DNA of 64,000 bases from Bacteroidota bacterium (GTDB lineage Bacteria > Bacteroidota > Bacteroidia > 2-12-FULL-35-15): NCBI GenBank assembly GCA_037131555.1, contig JBAXQU010000001.1, positions 1,490 to 65,489 of the forward strand, read 5' to 3'. Positions 19,806-29,351 of the stretch are shown one piece after another (position 1 is the stretch's first letter; each line of letters opens with the position of its first letter). The notes below the pieces were generated by a model. That model worked only from the letters and a program-made list of their open reading frames with translations, was not told where the DNA came from and searched no databases. Both the position numbers and the translations under genes were made by a program.

Positions 19806-21500
19806 TTATTTTGCAATTGTTACTTTTTGTGTTGTGTTCGATTTATCATTTTTAATTGAAATAAAATAAGAACCATTGGCCTGAGCACTAAGGTCAATTG
19901 TATGTTTTCCGCCTTTTGCTATTTCTTCGCTCAAAATTGCTTTTCCAACAATATCAAAAACGGTGATTGATGTGGTGCTTGAAGTAGTACCTAAATCAAT
20001 TACCAATAACCCATCTGTAGAAGGATTAGGATAAACAGAAACTAATGAATTCGAAGATGCCTCATTTATTCCAACGTATACAAAATTATAATTTGCAGAA
20101 ACCGCTGTACATCCATAAGAATTAGCAACTGATACGGTGTAGATACCTGATTGAGAAACGGTATCCGATTGGTTTGTTCCTAATGCGGTGGTACCATAAT
20201 ACCATTGATAAGTATCGTAAACATTGGTGCTAAGAATATTTGTAGTTTCGGTAATTAGAGGAACTATTGGTGCTGGATAAACTACCAATGTCAAGGTGTC
20301 ACTGTTAACCGTTTGAACAGTGGTACAACCTTCGCTGCTTGTTAAAGCGCAATAAACTTGATAAGTGCCTTGAGGTATTGTACCTGCTGGCACAAACAAT
20401 GATTGAGTATAACCTACAGGTCCCATATTAATAAGATACCAAGTATATGATGGAGTAGCGCCTTCGTTTATTACAACAGCTGATCCCGCCAAATCTGTAT
20501 TTGCACACATAGTTAATGAACTTGGAATGGTTACATTTGGAGTTACCGGACTAGATTCTGTTAAAGTGGCAGGGTTCGAACTAGTACTTCCAAAACCGTT
20601 TGTAACAACACAGTGATATGAATATCCTGATAAACCTGTTGTGTTTGAAATTACTAGGGTATCATTATCAACACCTGAATATACACCTGTATTAGATAAT
20701 GCAACAAAACCAGTTCCATTATCTTCTTCCCATTGATAAGTTGACGCATTAGTCGCGTTGATAAAGAAAGTAGCACTAGCACCTGTACAAATGGTCAAAC
20801 TTGCTGGATCTGTTATAACGGCAGGAGCCATAGAACTACTTGAACCAACTATTCTTACATTATCAATACTGAATGTTCCTCCCGAAGCTTCTGCATTCCA
20901 AGCATAAAAACGGAAAGTAATAGGAGTAGAAAGATTAGAGAAGTTAGCTCCACCCAACACAATTTGGTTTCTAGGTTGAGCAATATTTGAAATGTCGCTT
21001 CTAAGGTAGAATATATTTCCAGGCATTACCGTGTCGGTAGTATTAGGTTGTCCGTAAATAGCGTTAAGATTGTTGGTAAATCCATCTGCGCTAGAACGAA
21101 CTGTATAGGTTCTTACGCCTGCACCAGAGCGCTGAAACGTAAAAGTTATCGAATCTAAATTAATTGAAAACCCGAAAGCTGGACTAACTGTTACTTCATA
21201 ATACATTGTATCCACCAACGAACCTGTCATTGCAGAGTAAACTGTATCAGAAGGACCACCCGTAGAACCTGTTGACCATCCTGTGAACGAAAAACGTCCG
21301 CCTGCATTAGGATTTGCAGAAACTCCGTGAGATGAAAAACTTCCAAAAGTTACACCAGTAGCTGTAGGCACTGGAGTTGGATCTGTGGTTCCTCCCGACC
21401 CACCTACAATATTAGCAAAAGGGTAAGAAGCGATAAACGATTGTGCGTTTAAGTAAAAAGTTGAAATTGCAAAAGCAACTAATAGAGTAATTTTTTTCAT
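19806..21500 (-). CDS. Secreted protein with T9SS type A C-terminal sorting domain
   Basis: 564 aa with a signal peptide, Ig-like repeats (PAVITDPASLTICTGASATF...) and a C-terminus (VYPNPSTDG...YFISIKNDKSNTTQKVTIAK) typical of the Por secretion CTD. Confidence 0.75.
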   Translation of the reverse strand: MKKITLLVAFAISTFYLNAQSFIASYPFANIVGGSGGTTDPTPVPTATGVTFGSFSSHGVSANPNAGGRFSFTGWSTGSTGGPSDTVYSAMTGSLVDTMYYEVTVSPAFGFSINLDSITFTFQRSGAGVRTYTVRSSADGFTNNLNAIYGQPNTTDTVMPGNIFYLRSDISNIAQPRNQIVLGGANFSNLSTPITFRFYAWNAEASGGTFSIDNVRIVGSSSSMAPAVITDPASLTICTGASATFFINATNASTYQWEEDNGTGFVALSNTGVYSGVDNDTLVISNTTGLSGYSYHCVVTNGFGSTSSNPATLTESSPVTPNVTIPSSLTMCANTDLAGSAVVINEGATPSYTWYLINMGPVGYTQSLFVPAGTIPQGTYQVYCALTSSEGCTTVQTVNSDTLTLVVYPAPIVPLITETTNILSTNVYDTYQWYYGTTALGTNQSDTVSQSGIYTVSVANSYGCTAVSANYNFVYVGINEASSNSLVSVYPNPSTDGLLVIDLGTTSSTTSITVFDIVGKAILSEEIAKGGKHTIDLSAQANGSYFISIKNDKSNTTQKVTIAK

Positions 21501-21558
21501 GATTTTGTTTTTAATTATTATGAATGCAAATGTAAGTATTTTAATGTTATGCGAAAGT

Positions 21559-22125
21559 TTATTTATTATTAAAGTTTGTCATTGTGAGTTGCAAACCAAT
21601 GGTCGCAAAACTAACTATCATTTCGGTTGCCATTTTGATGCGAGGCACTAGGGCTTTATTCTCTTCGTCTGTCCAATTTCCGAGTACATAATCTACTTGT
21701 CGTCCTTTCGAGAATTCGCTGCCTACTCCGAAACGTAAGCGTGCATACTCGGAGGTGTTGAGCACTTCTTGTATATTCTTCAATCCATTGTGTCCGCCAT
21801 CGCTTCCTTTTCCTTTCATCCTCAGGGTGCCGAAAGGCAATGCAATATCGTCAGTTATTACCAACAGATGTTCTTTATCTATCTTTTCCATTTGCATCCA
21901 ATAATTAACGGCCTTGCCACTAAGATTCATAAAAGTGGAAGGTTTAATGAATATTAATGTTCTGCCTTTGGTTCTGAATTCGGCAACGGATGCTAATCGG
22001 TCGACCCGAAATTTTAAATTATGTTCTTTGGCTAAGGCATCGAGAACGGTGAACCCTATGTTATGGCGTGTGTTTTGGTATTCATCACCCATATTTCCTA
22101 AACCTACCACAAGTATTTTACTCAT
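21559..22125 (-). CDS. pth: Peptidyl-tRNA hydrolase
   Basis: 188 aa with VGLGNMGDEYQNTRHNIGF and GHNGLKNI. Confidence 0.92.
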   Translation of the reverse strand: MSKILVVGLGNMGDEYQNTRHNIGFTVLDALAKEHNLKFRVDRLASVAEFRTKGRTLIFIKPSTFMNLSGKAVNYWMQMEKIDKEHLLVITDDIALPFGTLRMKGKGSDGGHNGLKNIQEVLNTSEYARLRFGVGSEFSKGRQVDYVLGNWTDEENKALVPRIKMATEMIVSFATIGLQLTMTNFNNK

Positions 22126-22235
22126 ATTAATCTTAAATTTATGTCAAAAATAATAATTCCTATTGGCTCGAGGGCATAAAAAAAGTTGACAAAACAAAAT
22201 GTTCTGTCAACTTTTTAAAAATGGAAAGATGATTT

Positions 22236-22898
22236 CTATTTTTTAGCTGGAGCTTTTGCTGCTGCGGCAGGTGCTGCTGTTTTAGCTGCGGTTGGCGCTG
22301 CTGTTTTAGCTGCTGCAGGCGCTGCTGCTGCTGTTTTAGCAGGATCTTCAACCACCGCACGTGTTACTTCTACCGAAATAACAGTAACATTTGGTGCGTT
22401 TAAGAAGGTGATACCATCAATATGAATTTCACCTACACGTACTGAGTTCCCAATTTCCAATTTATCAATGGCAATGGTTACTTCATCAGGCATTTTTTCT
22501 ACCAATCCTTTTGCACGAAGTGTTTTTAATTTTTTAGATAATCTTCCACCATTTCTAACTCCTGGTGAAGTACCAGATGTTCTAACGGGTAGGTTCATCA
22601 CCACTGGTTTTCCAGCAACGATTTCTAAAAAATCAACATGCATAAGGTGATCTTTCAATGGATGAAACTGTGCTTCTTGAACGATAGCATGGTACATGTT
22701 ACCTGCAATGTCCAAATCCACAGTATGTACATTTGGTGTATAAATTAAGTTTTTAAAATCGGCCGATAAAACCGAAAAATGGATTTGTTCTTTACCTCCG
22801 TAAAGTACACAAGGTACTAGCTTTGCATTTCTCAATGCTTTTGCATCTGTTTTCCCTACGTTCGCACGTGGCGAACCGCTAATAGATACTGATTTCAT
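22236..22898 (-). CDS. rplY: 50S ribosomal protein L25 / general stress protein Ctc
   Basis: 220 aa with an L25/Ctc fold and an Ala/Lys/Pro-rich C-terminal tail. The prs-ctc-pth order is conserved. Confidence 0.9.
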   Translation of the reverse strand: MKSVSISGSPRANVGKTDAKALRNAKLVPCVLYGGKEQIHFSVLSADFKNLIYTPNVHTVDLDIAGNMYHAIVQEAQFHPLKDHLMHVDFLEIVAGKPVVMNLPVRTSGTSPGVRNGGRLSKKLKTLRAKGLVEKMPDEVTIAIDKLEIGNSVRVGEIHIDGITFLNAPNVTVISVEVTRAVVEDPAKTAAAAPAAAKTAAPTAAKTAAPAAAAKAPAKK

Positions 22899-22985
22899 TT
22901 GTTTTTTATTTTTTTATTTTTTGGTGGTTGACGCGTCCTTCAACCAACCTGTTAATATATGTGGACGCAGTATGATTACTATTTT

Positions 22986-23921
22986 TTATGCAACTATAAA
23001 ATTAGATGCTATCGATTCGTGATTATGTACGCTGTGCAATACCTTGGCAAACAAACTTGCTACCGAAAGCACTTTTATTTTTGGGCTTTCTTGTCGCAAC
23101 GGAATGGTATCGGTAACTACCAGTTCGGTGATTCTCGATTTCTCGATGTTTTCGTAAGCCTTGCCCGACAATACAGCATGTGTACAAACTGCACGCACAC
23201 TTCTAGCTCCTCTATCCAACATCATGTCGGCTGCTTTGGTAAGCGTGCCTCCGGTGTCAATCAAATCGTCCACGAGTACAATGTCTTTTCCTTCTACCTC
23301 GCCTATCACCGTCATGCTATCTACCACATTGGCTTGAGTGCGCTGCTTGTAACAGATAACGATGTCCGATTTAAGGAACTTGGCATACGAATTGGCACGT
23401 TTTGTACCGCCCATATCGGGTGCTGCCATGGTTAAGTAAGGCAGGTTTAAGCTTTGAATGTATGGCAAAAAGATGGACGAAGCATATAAATGGTCGACCG
23501 GGAAATCGAAAAATCCTTGTATTTGGTCGGCATGCAAATCCATGGTGATGATGCGAGTGGCACCCGCTGCCGAAAGTAAATTAGCTACCATCTTGGCCCC
23601 TATTGCCACGCGTGGTTGGTCTTTACGGTCTTGTCGAGCAAATCCGAAATAAGGCAACACCGCAATGATTTGATGAGCCGATGCACGTTTGGCGGCATCA
23701 ATCATCAAAAGCAATTCGAATAAATTATCGGTAGGTGGTACGGTAGATTGGATGATAAACACATCACTACCTCTTACGGTTTCTTCGTAAGATGTCTGAA
23801 ACTCACCGTCACTAAAACGAAGCAACGATACTTTTCCTAAATCTTGCCCATAGTTTTTAGCGATGTTTTCGGCTAAATGACGGGTGATGGAACCTGAAAA
23901 TAATTTTACTTGATAACTCAT
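22986..23921 (-). CDS. prs: Ribose-phosphate pyrophosphokinase
   Basis: Motifs include YFGFARQDRK and VLVDDLIDTGGTL. The start at MSYQVKLFSG is used because a -7 box overlaps the longer ORF start. Confidence 0.9.
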   Translation of the reverse strand: MSYQVKLFSGSITRHLAENIAKNYGQDLGKVSLLRFSDGEFQTSYEETVRGSDVFIIQSTVPPTDNLFELLLMIDAAKRASAHQIIAVLPYFGFARQDRKDQPRVAIGAKMVANLLSAAGATRIITMDLHADQIQGFFDFPVDHLYASSIFLPYIQSLNLPYLTMAAPDMGGTKRANSYAKFLKSDIVICYKQRTQANVVDSMTVIGEVEGKDIVLVDDLIDTGGTLTKAADMMLDRGARSVRAVCTHAVLSGKAYENIEKSRITELVVTDTIPLRQESPKIKVLSVASLFAKVLHSVHNHESIASNFIVA

Positions 23922-23939
23922 TGTTTTTGTAAAGGGATG

Positions 23940-23947
23940 CAAATGTA
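23940..23947 (-). promoter_or_regulatory. -7 promoter box TACATTTG (minus strand)
   Basis: The plus-strand sequence caaatgta is the reverse complement of TACATTTG. It lies 18 nt upstream of the prs ATG at 23921. Confidence 0.45.
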
Positions 23948-24063
23948 ATTAAATTTGCCATACACGAAAAGATTTTTTTGTCAATCCAAGTATTTTAAAT
24001 AGTTTTGCGCCCCGAAACCAATTATCGGATTGCAGATTGACAAGTTGTCAAATTGCAAATTGA

Positions 24064-24145
24064 CGCCCGGATGGCGGAATTGGTAGACGCGCTGGTCTCA
24101 AACACCTGTGGGAAACCGTGCCGGTTCGACTCCGGCTCCGGGTAC
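24064..24145 (+). tRNA. tRNA-Leu (anticodon CAA), type II with long variable arm
   Basis: GCCCGGA acceptor stem pairing with TCCGGGT, D-loop AATTGGTAGA, anticodon loop CTCAAAC, a variable arm and a T-arm GCCGG-TTCGACT-CCGGC. Folded by eye only. Confidence 0.85.
24130..24145 (+). repeat. attL core, 16-bp direct repeat tccggctccgggtaca (tRNA-Leu 3' end)
   Basis: Identical 16-mer at 29403..29418. Confidence 0.75.
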
Positions 24146-24225
24146 AGATGTAAAAGCGGAAGTGTTGTTAATTAATCACTTCCGCTAATTTACAGAAAAT
24201 CTTTTAAAAGGTTTTTAAAAGAAAA

Positions 24226-24555
24226 ATGGCAAAAAAAGAAAAAACAAAAGACGATTCTATTCGAATAAGAAATATTCAGGAGTGGTTACTGCAGGGTCAA
24301 TTAGTAACTGACATTTGCAGAAATATTATAGGATTGTGGAGTATTTCAGAAAAAGAAGCAATTCAAATGATTGCAGATGCCTTCGATGATTTTACTAAAA
24401 GGACGAAAAAAAGTCACAGTACCGCCAGAGCTTACCATGTTCAGTTAAGACTATCATTATATAAGAAGGCTGTTGAGGCAAAGCAGTTTAAAACCGCATT
24501 ACAGATATTACAGGATTTGGCAAAGATTGAATCCGCTTACTATCCAGAGAATTAG
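24226..24555 (+). CDS. Hypothetical small basic protein (island cargo)
   Basis: 109-aa ORF with a Lys-rich N-terminus. No confident family assignment. Confidence 0.4.
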   Translation: MAKKEKTKDDSIRIRNIQEWLLQGQLVTDICRNIIGLWSISEKEAIQMIADAFDDFTKRTKKSHSTARAYHVQLRLSLYKKAVEAKQFKTALQILQDLAKIESAYYPEN

Positions 24556-25113
24556 TTAGTGAGAGCCAAAATGGAAAGTTACACCAATAAATAAAGTAAG
24601 ACCTGCTGCTAAATTACATGCGGAGGATGCTATTCTAAGATTCTTTTGGTTATTATTATAAGTGGTTAATTCTTGACTATATTGAGTACTTGTATAGTTA
24701 GTTGGTGCTTTATTCGTAGCCTCTATTAAACTAATAAAACCGCCTGCAACTAATAAAACACCCGATAAAATAAATGCTGTATTATTTTTTTCTAAACTAA
24801 ACTTCATTTTTGTTATTTCACGTCTTGCTATTGTATCGGTAGCAAATGGAGGGGTATATTTAGTTTTTCCTTTTATCAATAATGCACTTTCATCAACTGA
24901 ACTTATGTTATTTCCATTTTTGACGTAATGATTCACTTTCGAAAGTTCAATACTCTCTATCTCGTTTCCTTTTTCTTTATAAAATACTTGTCGACCATTT
25001 ATAACGGTAATTTCGCAAATAATTACTTTACCATTCTTTGTAAATATAGTATCATTCTGCGCCAATAGACAGAAATTAAAAAGCATAAACAATGATGTAA
25101 CTAATATTTTCAT
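24556..25113 (-). CDS. Hypothetical membrane protein (signal peptide plus two C-terminal TM segments)
   Basis: 185 aa. Its start overlaps the stop of the upstream gene by 4 nt (ATGA). Confidence 0.45.
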   Translation of the reverse strand: MKILVTSLFMLFNFCLLAQNDTIFTKNGKVIICEITVINGRQVFYKEKGNEIESIELSKVNHYVKNGNNISSVDESALLIKGKTKYTPPFATDTIARREITKMKFSLEKNNTAFILSGVLLVAGGFISLIEATNKAPTNYTSTQYSQELTTYNNNQKNLRIASSACNLAAGLTLFIGVTFHFGSH

Positions 25114-25442
25114 ACGATTTTAGTTTTATATTTTTCGTAATTATCTCTTGCCGTTAATCCGTACTCGTCCATATAACAACGAGGACAATAAACTGTATTT
25201 TCTTTTGCCACATACTTACAATGTTTGCAGGTGTATGTAATTTCAGCTTTATTTTTATTTGGTAAAATCAAAAAGATGACTAGCCCCAAAACGGGACTTA
25301 TAATTATGCATATTAAAAAAGATAGCCAATAATCTAAATGCTTTTCCATAACCATTCTCTCTCTTCCTACAATTGCAAAAATAAAAGATAGGCTCACCCA
25401 AAACAATATAGCAAATAAAATATCTGAGTCTACCTCTCTCAT
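25110..25442 (-). CDS. Hypothetical membrane protein with C-terminal zinc ribbon
   Basis: 110 aa with two TM segments followed by CKHC...CPRC. Confidence 0.45.
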   Translation of the reverse strand: MREVDSDILFAILFWVSLSFIFAIVGRERMVMEKHLDYWLSFLICIIISPVLGLVIFLILPNKNKAEITYTCKHCKYVAKENTVYCPRCYMDEYGLTARDNYEKYKTKIV

Positions 25443-25478
25443 TTTTATTTATAATAAAATACAAATGTAAGTATTTTT

Positions 25479-26180
25479 TTACCGCTTATATGTAACTAAA
25501 TCTATATACAGCAACATTTTTATTTTTTTGAGGTGAATTGGCTTTACCGGATACTCGGGATTGTAGGATCGAAGATGACAGTACTCCCCTTCTATTTTCA
25601 CAAACTCTTTTAAAATGATACCTCCAACTGTAATGAATACATAAGGTTTCCCTGCTCGCAGTTCATTAAATCCATTCATAGGTGTTGTCGTTACTTTATC
25701 TCCAGGCACAAAACTATCCCTATCATTTGCACTCTTAAACATTGAAAAGTCTTCCACTTCGAAACGAAAGCATGTGCCCTTTATTTCAGGGCAACTAACA
25801 CGTTCTAAAGAATCTAAATATACTGAATTCTCATACCCTTTAAGAAATCCTCCATACGCCTTTAATGGCACAATTATACAATTTCTTACATCATTATCCG
25901 AATCAATTTGTTTAACATTTGATTTTGTTTTACTTGATATATCTCCTGTGAACATTGGCTCTAAGCCATCAAAAATAAAGTCAGGATTAACATTGAACGC
26001 TTTTATTATTTTATGCTGAAGTGATAAAGGAGCATTTCTATTTTTAGTTCTTATTTGACTAAATGCGGATGCATTGAACTCACATTTACGGCAAAAATCA
26101 TCAACCCCCTCAACTTTTTCTTTTTTTAATAGAAAATTGAAAACTTCTAAAACCCTTACTGTTTGCTTGTTTTGTTCCAT
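25479..26180 (-). CDS. Phage cI/LexA-like repressor (HTH plus S24 peptidase-like domain)
   Basis: N-terminal HTH-like region. The C-terminal part has FSM (Ser) ... GDKV ... ILKEF (Lys), matching the S24 layout. The start is taken at MEQNKQTV. Confidence 0.6.
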   Translation of the reverse strand: MEQNKQTVRVLEVFNFLLKKEKVEGVDDFCRKCEFNASAFSQIRTKNRNAPLSLQHKIIKAFNVNPDFIFDGLEPMFTGDISSKTKSNVKQIDSDNDVRNCIIVPLKAYGGFLKGYENSVYLDSLERVSCPEIKGTCFRFEVEDFSMFKSANDRDSFVPGDKVTTTPMNGFNELRAGKPYVFITVGGIILKEFVKIEGEYCHLRSYNPEYPVKPIHLKKIKMLLYIDLVTYKR

Positions 26181-26240
26181 TGTTAATAACTTTATTGCAG
26201 AATTATACAAAATGACTTGCATTTGTATTTATTTGTATGT

Positions 26241-26248
26241 TATCTTTG
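26241..26248 (+). promoter_or_regulatory. -7 promoter box TATCTTTG
   Basis: Lies in the divergent region between the repressor and the plus-strand cassette, 53 nt upstream of the ATG at 26302. Confidence 0.4.
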
Positions 26249-26270
26249 TGCCATAAAAATAAAGCACAAA
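26245..26270. promoter_or_regulatory. Candidate operator (TTTGTGC-N12-GCACAAA)
   Basis: 7-bp inverted arms that overlap the -7 box. Confidence 0.3.
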
Positions 26271-26301
26271 TATATAACTAATAATTAAATCATACGAAAA
26301 A

Positions 26302-26704
26302 ATGAAAATCGCAGAAAACAGTTGAAAGTATTTTCAGAGTTGAAACGGCACACTTTAAAAGCGAAGAGTTTAACGAGGCATTAAGTCCTGGCATGGAAGC
26401 ATTTTCGGATATCAGTCCTTACGGATGGCATAAATGTGAAAGTTTCTGGACGAATAACCACAATTATCATCCAATAGGAATATTGAAGATGAAAGAAAAC
26501 ACTTCCGCATTAATGGAATCGAGAGGCGAGCGTAGGTTTGTAAAATTCGATACTATAGAAGCTGCAATGATGACGGTAGCTGATGTTATCAATAAAGCAG
26601 ATGGAAATGGTGGCGCATGGAACAGTAACGATGTTACCGTTCAAAAAAAATACTCCGATTATTTGGCAACCGTCTTGCCAAGATACACTAACTCATTAGC
26701 ATAA
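26302..26704 (+). pseudogene. Putative cell-wall hydrolase-like protein with a frameshifted N-terminus
   Basis: ATG at 26302 gives MKIAENS then a stop. The +1 frame stays open from 26306 (..VESIFRVETAHFKSEEF..) into track ORF 26393..26704. Removing one A from the A4 run at 26315-26318 restores a 133-aa ORF. Confidence 0.4.
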
Positions 26705-27081
26705 TGGAAAAATATTTAAAGTACCTTACGCCAGCGTCCGTTACAATGATTTCAATTATCGGAATAGTTGTAATCTTAATTTTAGTATTAGCAATTATAC
26801 TTACTCTCAACCGTGAAAAAGACTGGGCGAAGTTTCTTCTTTGGTTTCCAAAAGAGATTGTGGCCATGTATTCAAATAAAGATAGTTTTTTCAGCAAGAA
26901 GCGATTTGAAAGTAGTATCGGATTTATAGCAGGGGTTGGCATTATTTGCTGTTACGTTTGGATAAACAGGCATACATTAAGCAATTGGGATATGATTATA
27001 GATGCTGGTGTATTATTAGGGATAGCAGGATATACTGTATCGAAAATTCAGGAAGAGAAACAAAATCTACCTCCGCAATAA
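26704..27081 (+). CDS. Holin-like small membrane protein (three TM segments)
   Basis: 125 aa. Its start overlaps the previous stop as TAATG. Confidence 0.4.
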   Translation: MEKYLKYLTPASVTMISIIGIVVILILVLAIILTLNREKDWAKFLLWFPKEIVAMYSNKDSFFSKKRFESSIGFIAGVGIICCYVWINRHTLSNWDMIIDAGVLLGIAGYTVSKIQEEKQNLPPQ

Positions 27082-27785
27082 TGGAAACACCCATTCAAAA
27101 AACAGAAATTGTAATTACCACTAACAAGTGGTTAAAGTGGATAATAATTGCCGTTGTGATTATTGCAGTGCTTTGTATAGGAAGTTATGTAATTTATAAA
27201 CGAGGTCAACAATCGGTAGTTAATTCTCAAATTGAAAAAACTGATAAAAGTCAGGTTGTAAATTGGACAAAAATTGTCCTCAATAAAACAGCAACGAATG
27301 ATTCTTTGTTGAATGAAAATTCTATTTTAAAGGAACACAACAAAACGCTTTTAAAATCATTGTCAGCTTATCAAATGTACCAAAGCATAATTAGAAGTAC
27401 AAACGTTGCCACAATCAAACAAACGAGCGATAGTATTAAGGATAAGAAGATAGATAGTATTCAGGTTGTGGATAAGAATGGGATATTAATTGACTATGCG
27501 AATTATAACAATCTTTCAAATTCATTCGATAGTTGCCAAACCGAAAACAAGATTTTGCAGACTACTATTTATTCAGATTCCTTATTTATTCAATCGTATG
27601 TAAAATTAATTCAGGCAAAAGATTCACTCGAAACTTATACCAATAAACAATGCGCTGATTTGTCAAAAATTGACAAGTCGAAAATTCGCAGGAAGACCTT
27701 TTGGATATTTACAGGATGGGGAGTTGCGATAAGCGAAACTGCTTTGTTTATGTATGAGGCGATTAAGAATGTGGCAGTAAAATAA
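27081..27785 (+). CDS. Membrane-anchored coiled-coil protein (spanin-like topology)
   Basis: Starts at METPIQK, overlapping the previous stop as TAATG. It has an N-terminal TM, a long polar/coiled region and a C-terminal TM. Confidence 0.4.
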   Translation: METPIQKTEIVITTNKWLKWIIIAVVIIAVLCIGSYVIYKRGQQSVVNSQIEKTDKSQVVNWTKIVLNKTATNDSLLNENSILKEHNKTLLKSLSAYQMYQSIIRSTNVATIKQTSDSIKDKKIDSIQVVDKNGILIDYANYNNLSNSFDSCQTENKILQTTIYSDSLFIQSYVKLIQAKDSLETYTNKQCADLSKIDKSKIRRKTFWIFTGWGVAISETALFMYEAIKNVAVK

Positions 27786-27820
27786 ACGCCTTGGTCGGCT
27801 TTGTAAAAACCATATAAAAA

Positions 27821-28051
27821 ATGAAAAACGTAAGAGCAAAATTTGTGGTAAGCCACATTATTAATCATGCTGATGGAAGCATTAATGTTAATGCGCATCC
27901 TGTCCATTCAGGAAGCGAGGAGAATAAATCATTCAATGACTATACTCCATCTGGAAAATTAGAGCTTCATATTTCAAAAGGTAAAGAAGCTCAAAAACTA
28001 TTTGAACCAGGCAAGGAATATTATTTAGATTTCACATTAGTGGAAGCATAA
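27821..28051 (+). CDS. Small conserved phage-type protein of unknown function
   Basis: 76 aa (RAKFVV...ENKSFNDYTPSGKLELHIS...FEPGKEYYLDFT). I recognise this pattern from phage genomes, but it has no named function. Confidence 0.4.
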   Translation: MKNVRAKFVVSHIINHADGSINVNAHPVHSGSEENKSFNDYTPSGKLELHISKGKEAQKLFEPGKEYYLDFTLVEA

Positions 28052-28076
28052 TCAACATCCATAATTTGATAGATTT

Positions 28077-28104
28077 AAAAGTCCTGATTTTATTCAGGAC
28101 TTTT
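28077..28104. terminator. Bidirectional hairpin terminator
   Basis: aaaagtcctga-ttttat-tcaggactttt, located between convergent genes. Confidence 0.65.
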
Positions 28105-29265
28105 TTATTTGGACTTTTTTTGTCCAAAAAGTTTATTCATTGCAATATCCGTTTCCTCTTCGTGAAATGCCTTCATATAAATTTCGGTAGTTGAAATTTT
28201 AGAGTGCCCGAGTAGCTCCTTAATAGAATAAATGTCAATCCCCATTTTGTGAGCATAGTCAGCAAATGAATTCCTTGCCGAATGATAACCAACCTCCGAA
28301 ACCTCCGCACGTTTGCAAGCCCAATGTAAGTTCTTTCTGAAGAATGAATTTCGTACACTAATGCTATAATCTTCCTTTGTCCAGTCCACCTTAGTATCAA
28401 AAAGAAACTCTTTATTTTTCTTCCGGTACCGATCAATAATCTTTAATGCTTGTGGCATCAGCTTAATGTTTCGCTCGTTGTTACTTTTGTGCATTGTATA
28501 TTTCAATCGTCCATCCTGAATCATTGAAAACTTAATCCGACACAAATCTCCAAAGCGAATACCGGCACAGTAAAAGGAAAACAGAAACATATCCACGGCC
28601 ATCTGAGGTGTTGGAAACTTTGAGAAATCGTAAGCCTCCAATTTCTGTATATCTTCAATCGAGTTCCTTTTTTTCTCTGTTCTTTTCGTTGTAAACTTAT
28701 AATTCAGGAACGGATTCTTGTGATGCTCTATCTGGCCAGAATTAATAATAATTTTGAATATGAATTTTATTCTCATCAGGATATCGGTAATGTAATTTAC
28801 ATTCAAACCCTGTTTTGTCAGATGAACTTCGAAGTCCTGAATAAACTTATTATCTATCTTCTTTACAGGAAGGACGGGAGCAAACTCCTTTAGCTTTTTT
28901 TGAACGGAACATAACCGCTTATAATTATATAAAGAATGTTTTTCTTTCGAATAATCAATTCGCTCCTGAAACCACCAATAGAAGTCTTCTTTGCTTCCAA
29001 GCTCTGCAACACCTCCGGTAAGAAAGTTTTTCTCCAATAGGTTACACATATCCATTATCTTAATGTTAACCTCCCGGGCATTCGGAATCTTGCCTAATTT
29101 TACCCTTCGTTCCTTAACGTCCCAATGTTCTTCTTTGACACTTGCACCAACCGAAAAATACTCTACCTTTGTTTTGCCATTCGAAGTGGAAGTAACTCTT
29201 ATTTTAATAGGAAAAGTTTTATCTTTCGTTTTATGATACTTCCAGATAATAGGCTGAATTTTCAT
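28105..29265 (-). CDS. Tyrosine-type site-specific integrase
   Basis: 386 aa with a Bacteroidota-type N-terminal arm-binding domain. The C-terminal catalytic region contains HSARNSFA, LLGHSKISTTEIYMK (H-x-x-R ... H ... Y). Confidence 0.87.
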   Translation of the reverse strand: MKIQPIIWKYHKTKDKTFPIKIRVTSTSNGKTKVEYFSVGASVKEEHWDVKERRVKLGKIPNAREVNIKIMDMCNLLEKNFLTGGVAELGSKEDFYWWFQERIDYSKEKHSLYNYKRLCSVQKKLKEFAPVLPVKKIDNKFIQDFEVHLTKQGLNVNYITDILMRIKFIFKIIINSGQIEHHKNPFLNYKFTTKRTEKKRNSIEDIQKLEAYDFSKFPTPQMAVDMFLFSFYCAGIRFGDLCRIKFSMIQDGRLKYTMHKSNNERNIKLMPQALKIIDRYRKKNKEFLFDTKVDWTKEDYSISVRNSFFRKNLHWACKRAEVSEVGYHSARNSFADYAHKMGIDIYSIKELLGHSKISTTEIYMKAFHEEETDIAMNKLFGQKKSK

Positions 29266-29351
29266 TTAAAAGTTTTTTAAAAGTTTTTGTACAAAAGTGT
29301 ACAAAAGTACAACAATTACTTACATAATGAAATTGAGCTATAAATCAGTAT

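Noticed and set aside
22160-22360. Gln-rich ORF (MRWLKILLKQQQQRLQQLKQQ...)
   Set aside because: It is antisense to the Ala/Lys-rich C-terminal tail of ribosomal protein L25, so it is a low-complexity mirror artefact.
24226-24555. Calling the 109-aa island protein a small terminase or excisionase, which would support a phage-satellite model
   Set aside because: Only a vague compositional resemblance exists (basic N-terminus, helical C-terminus), and I can point to no diagnostic motif. It is kept as hypothetical.
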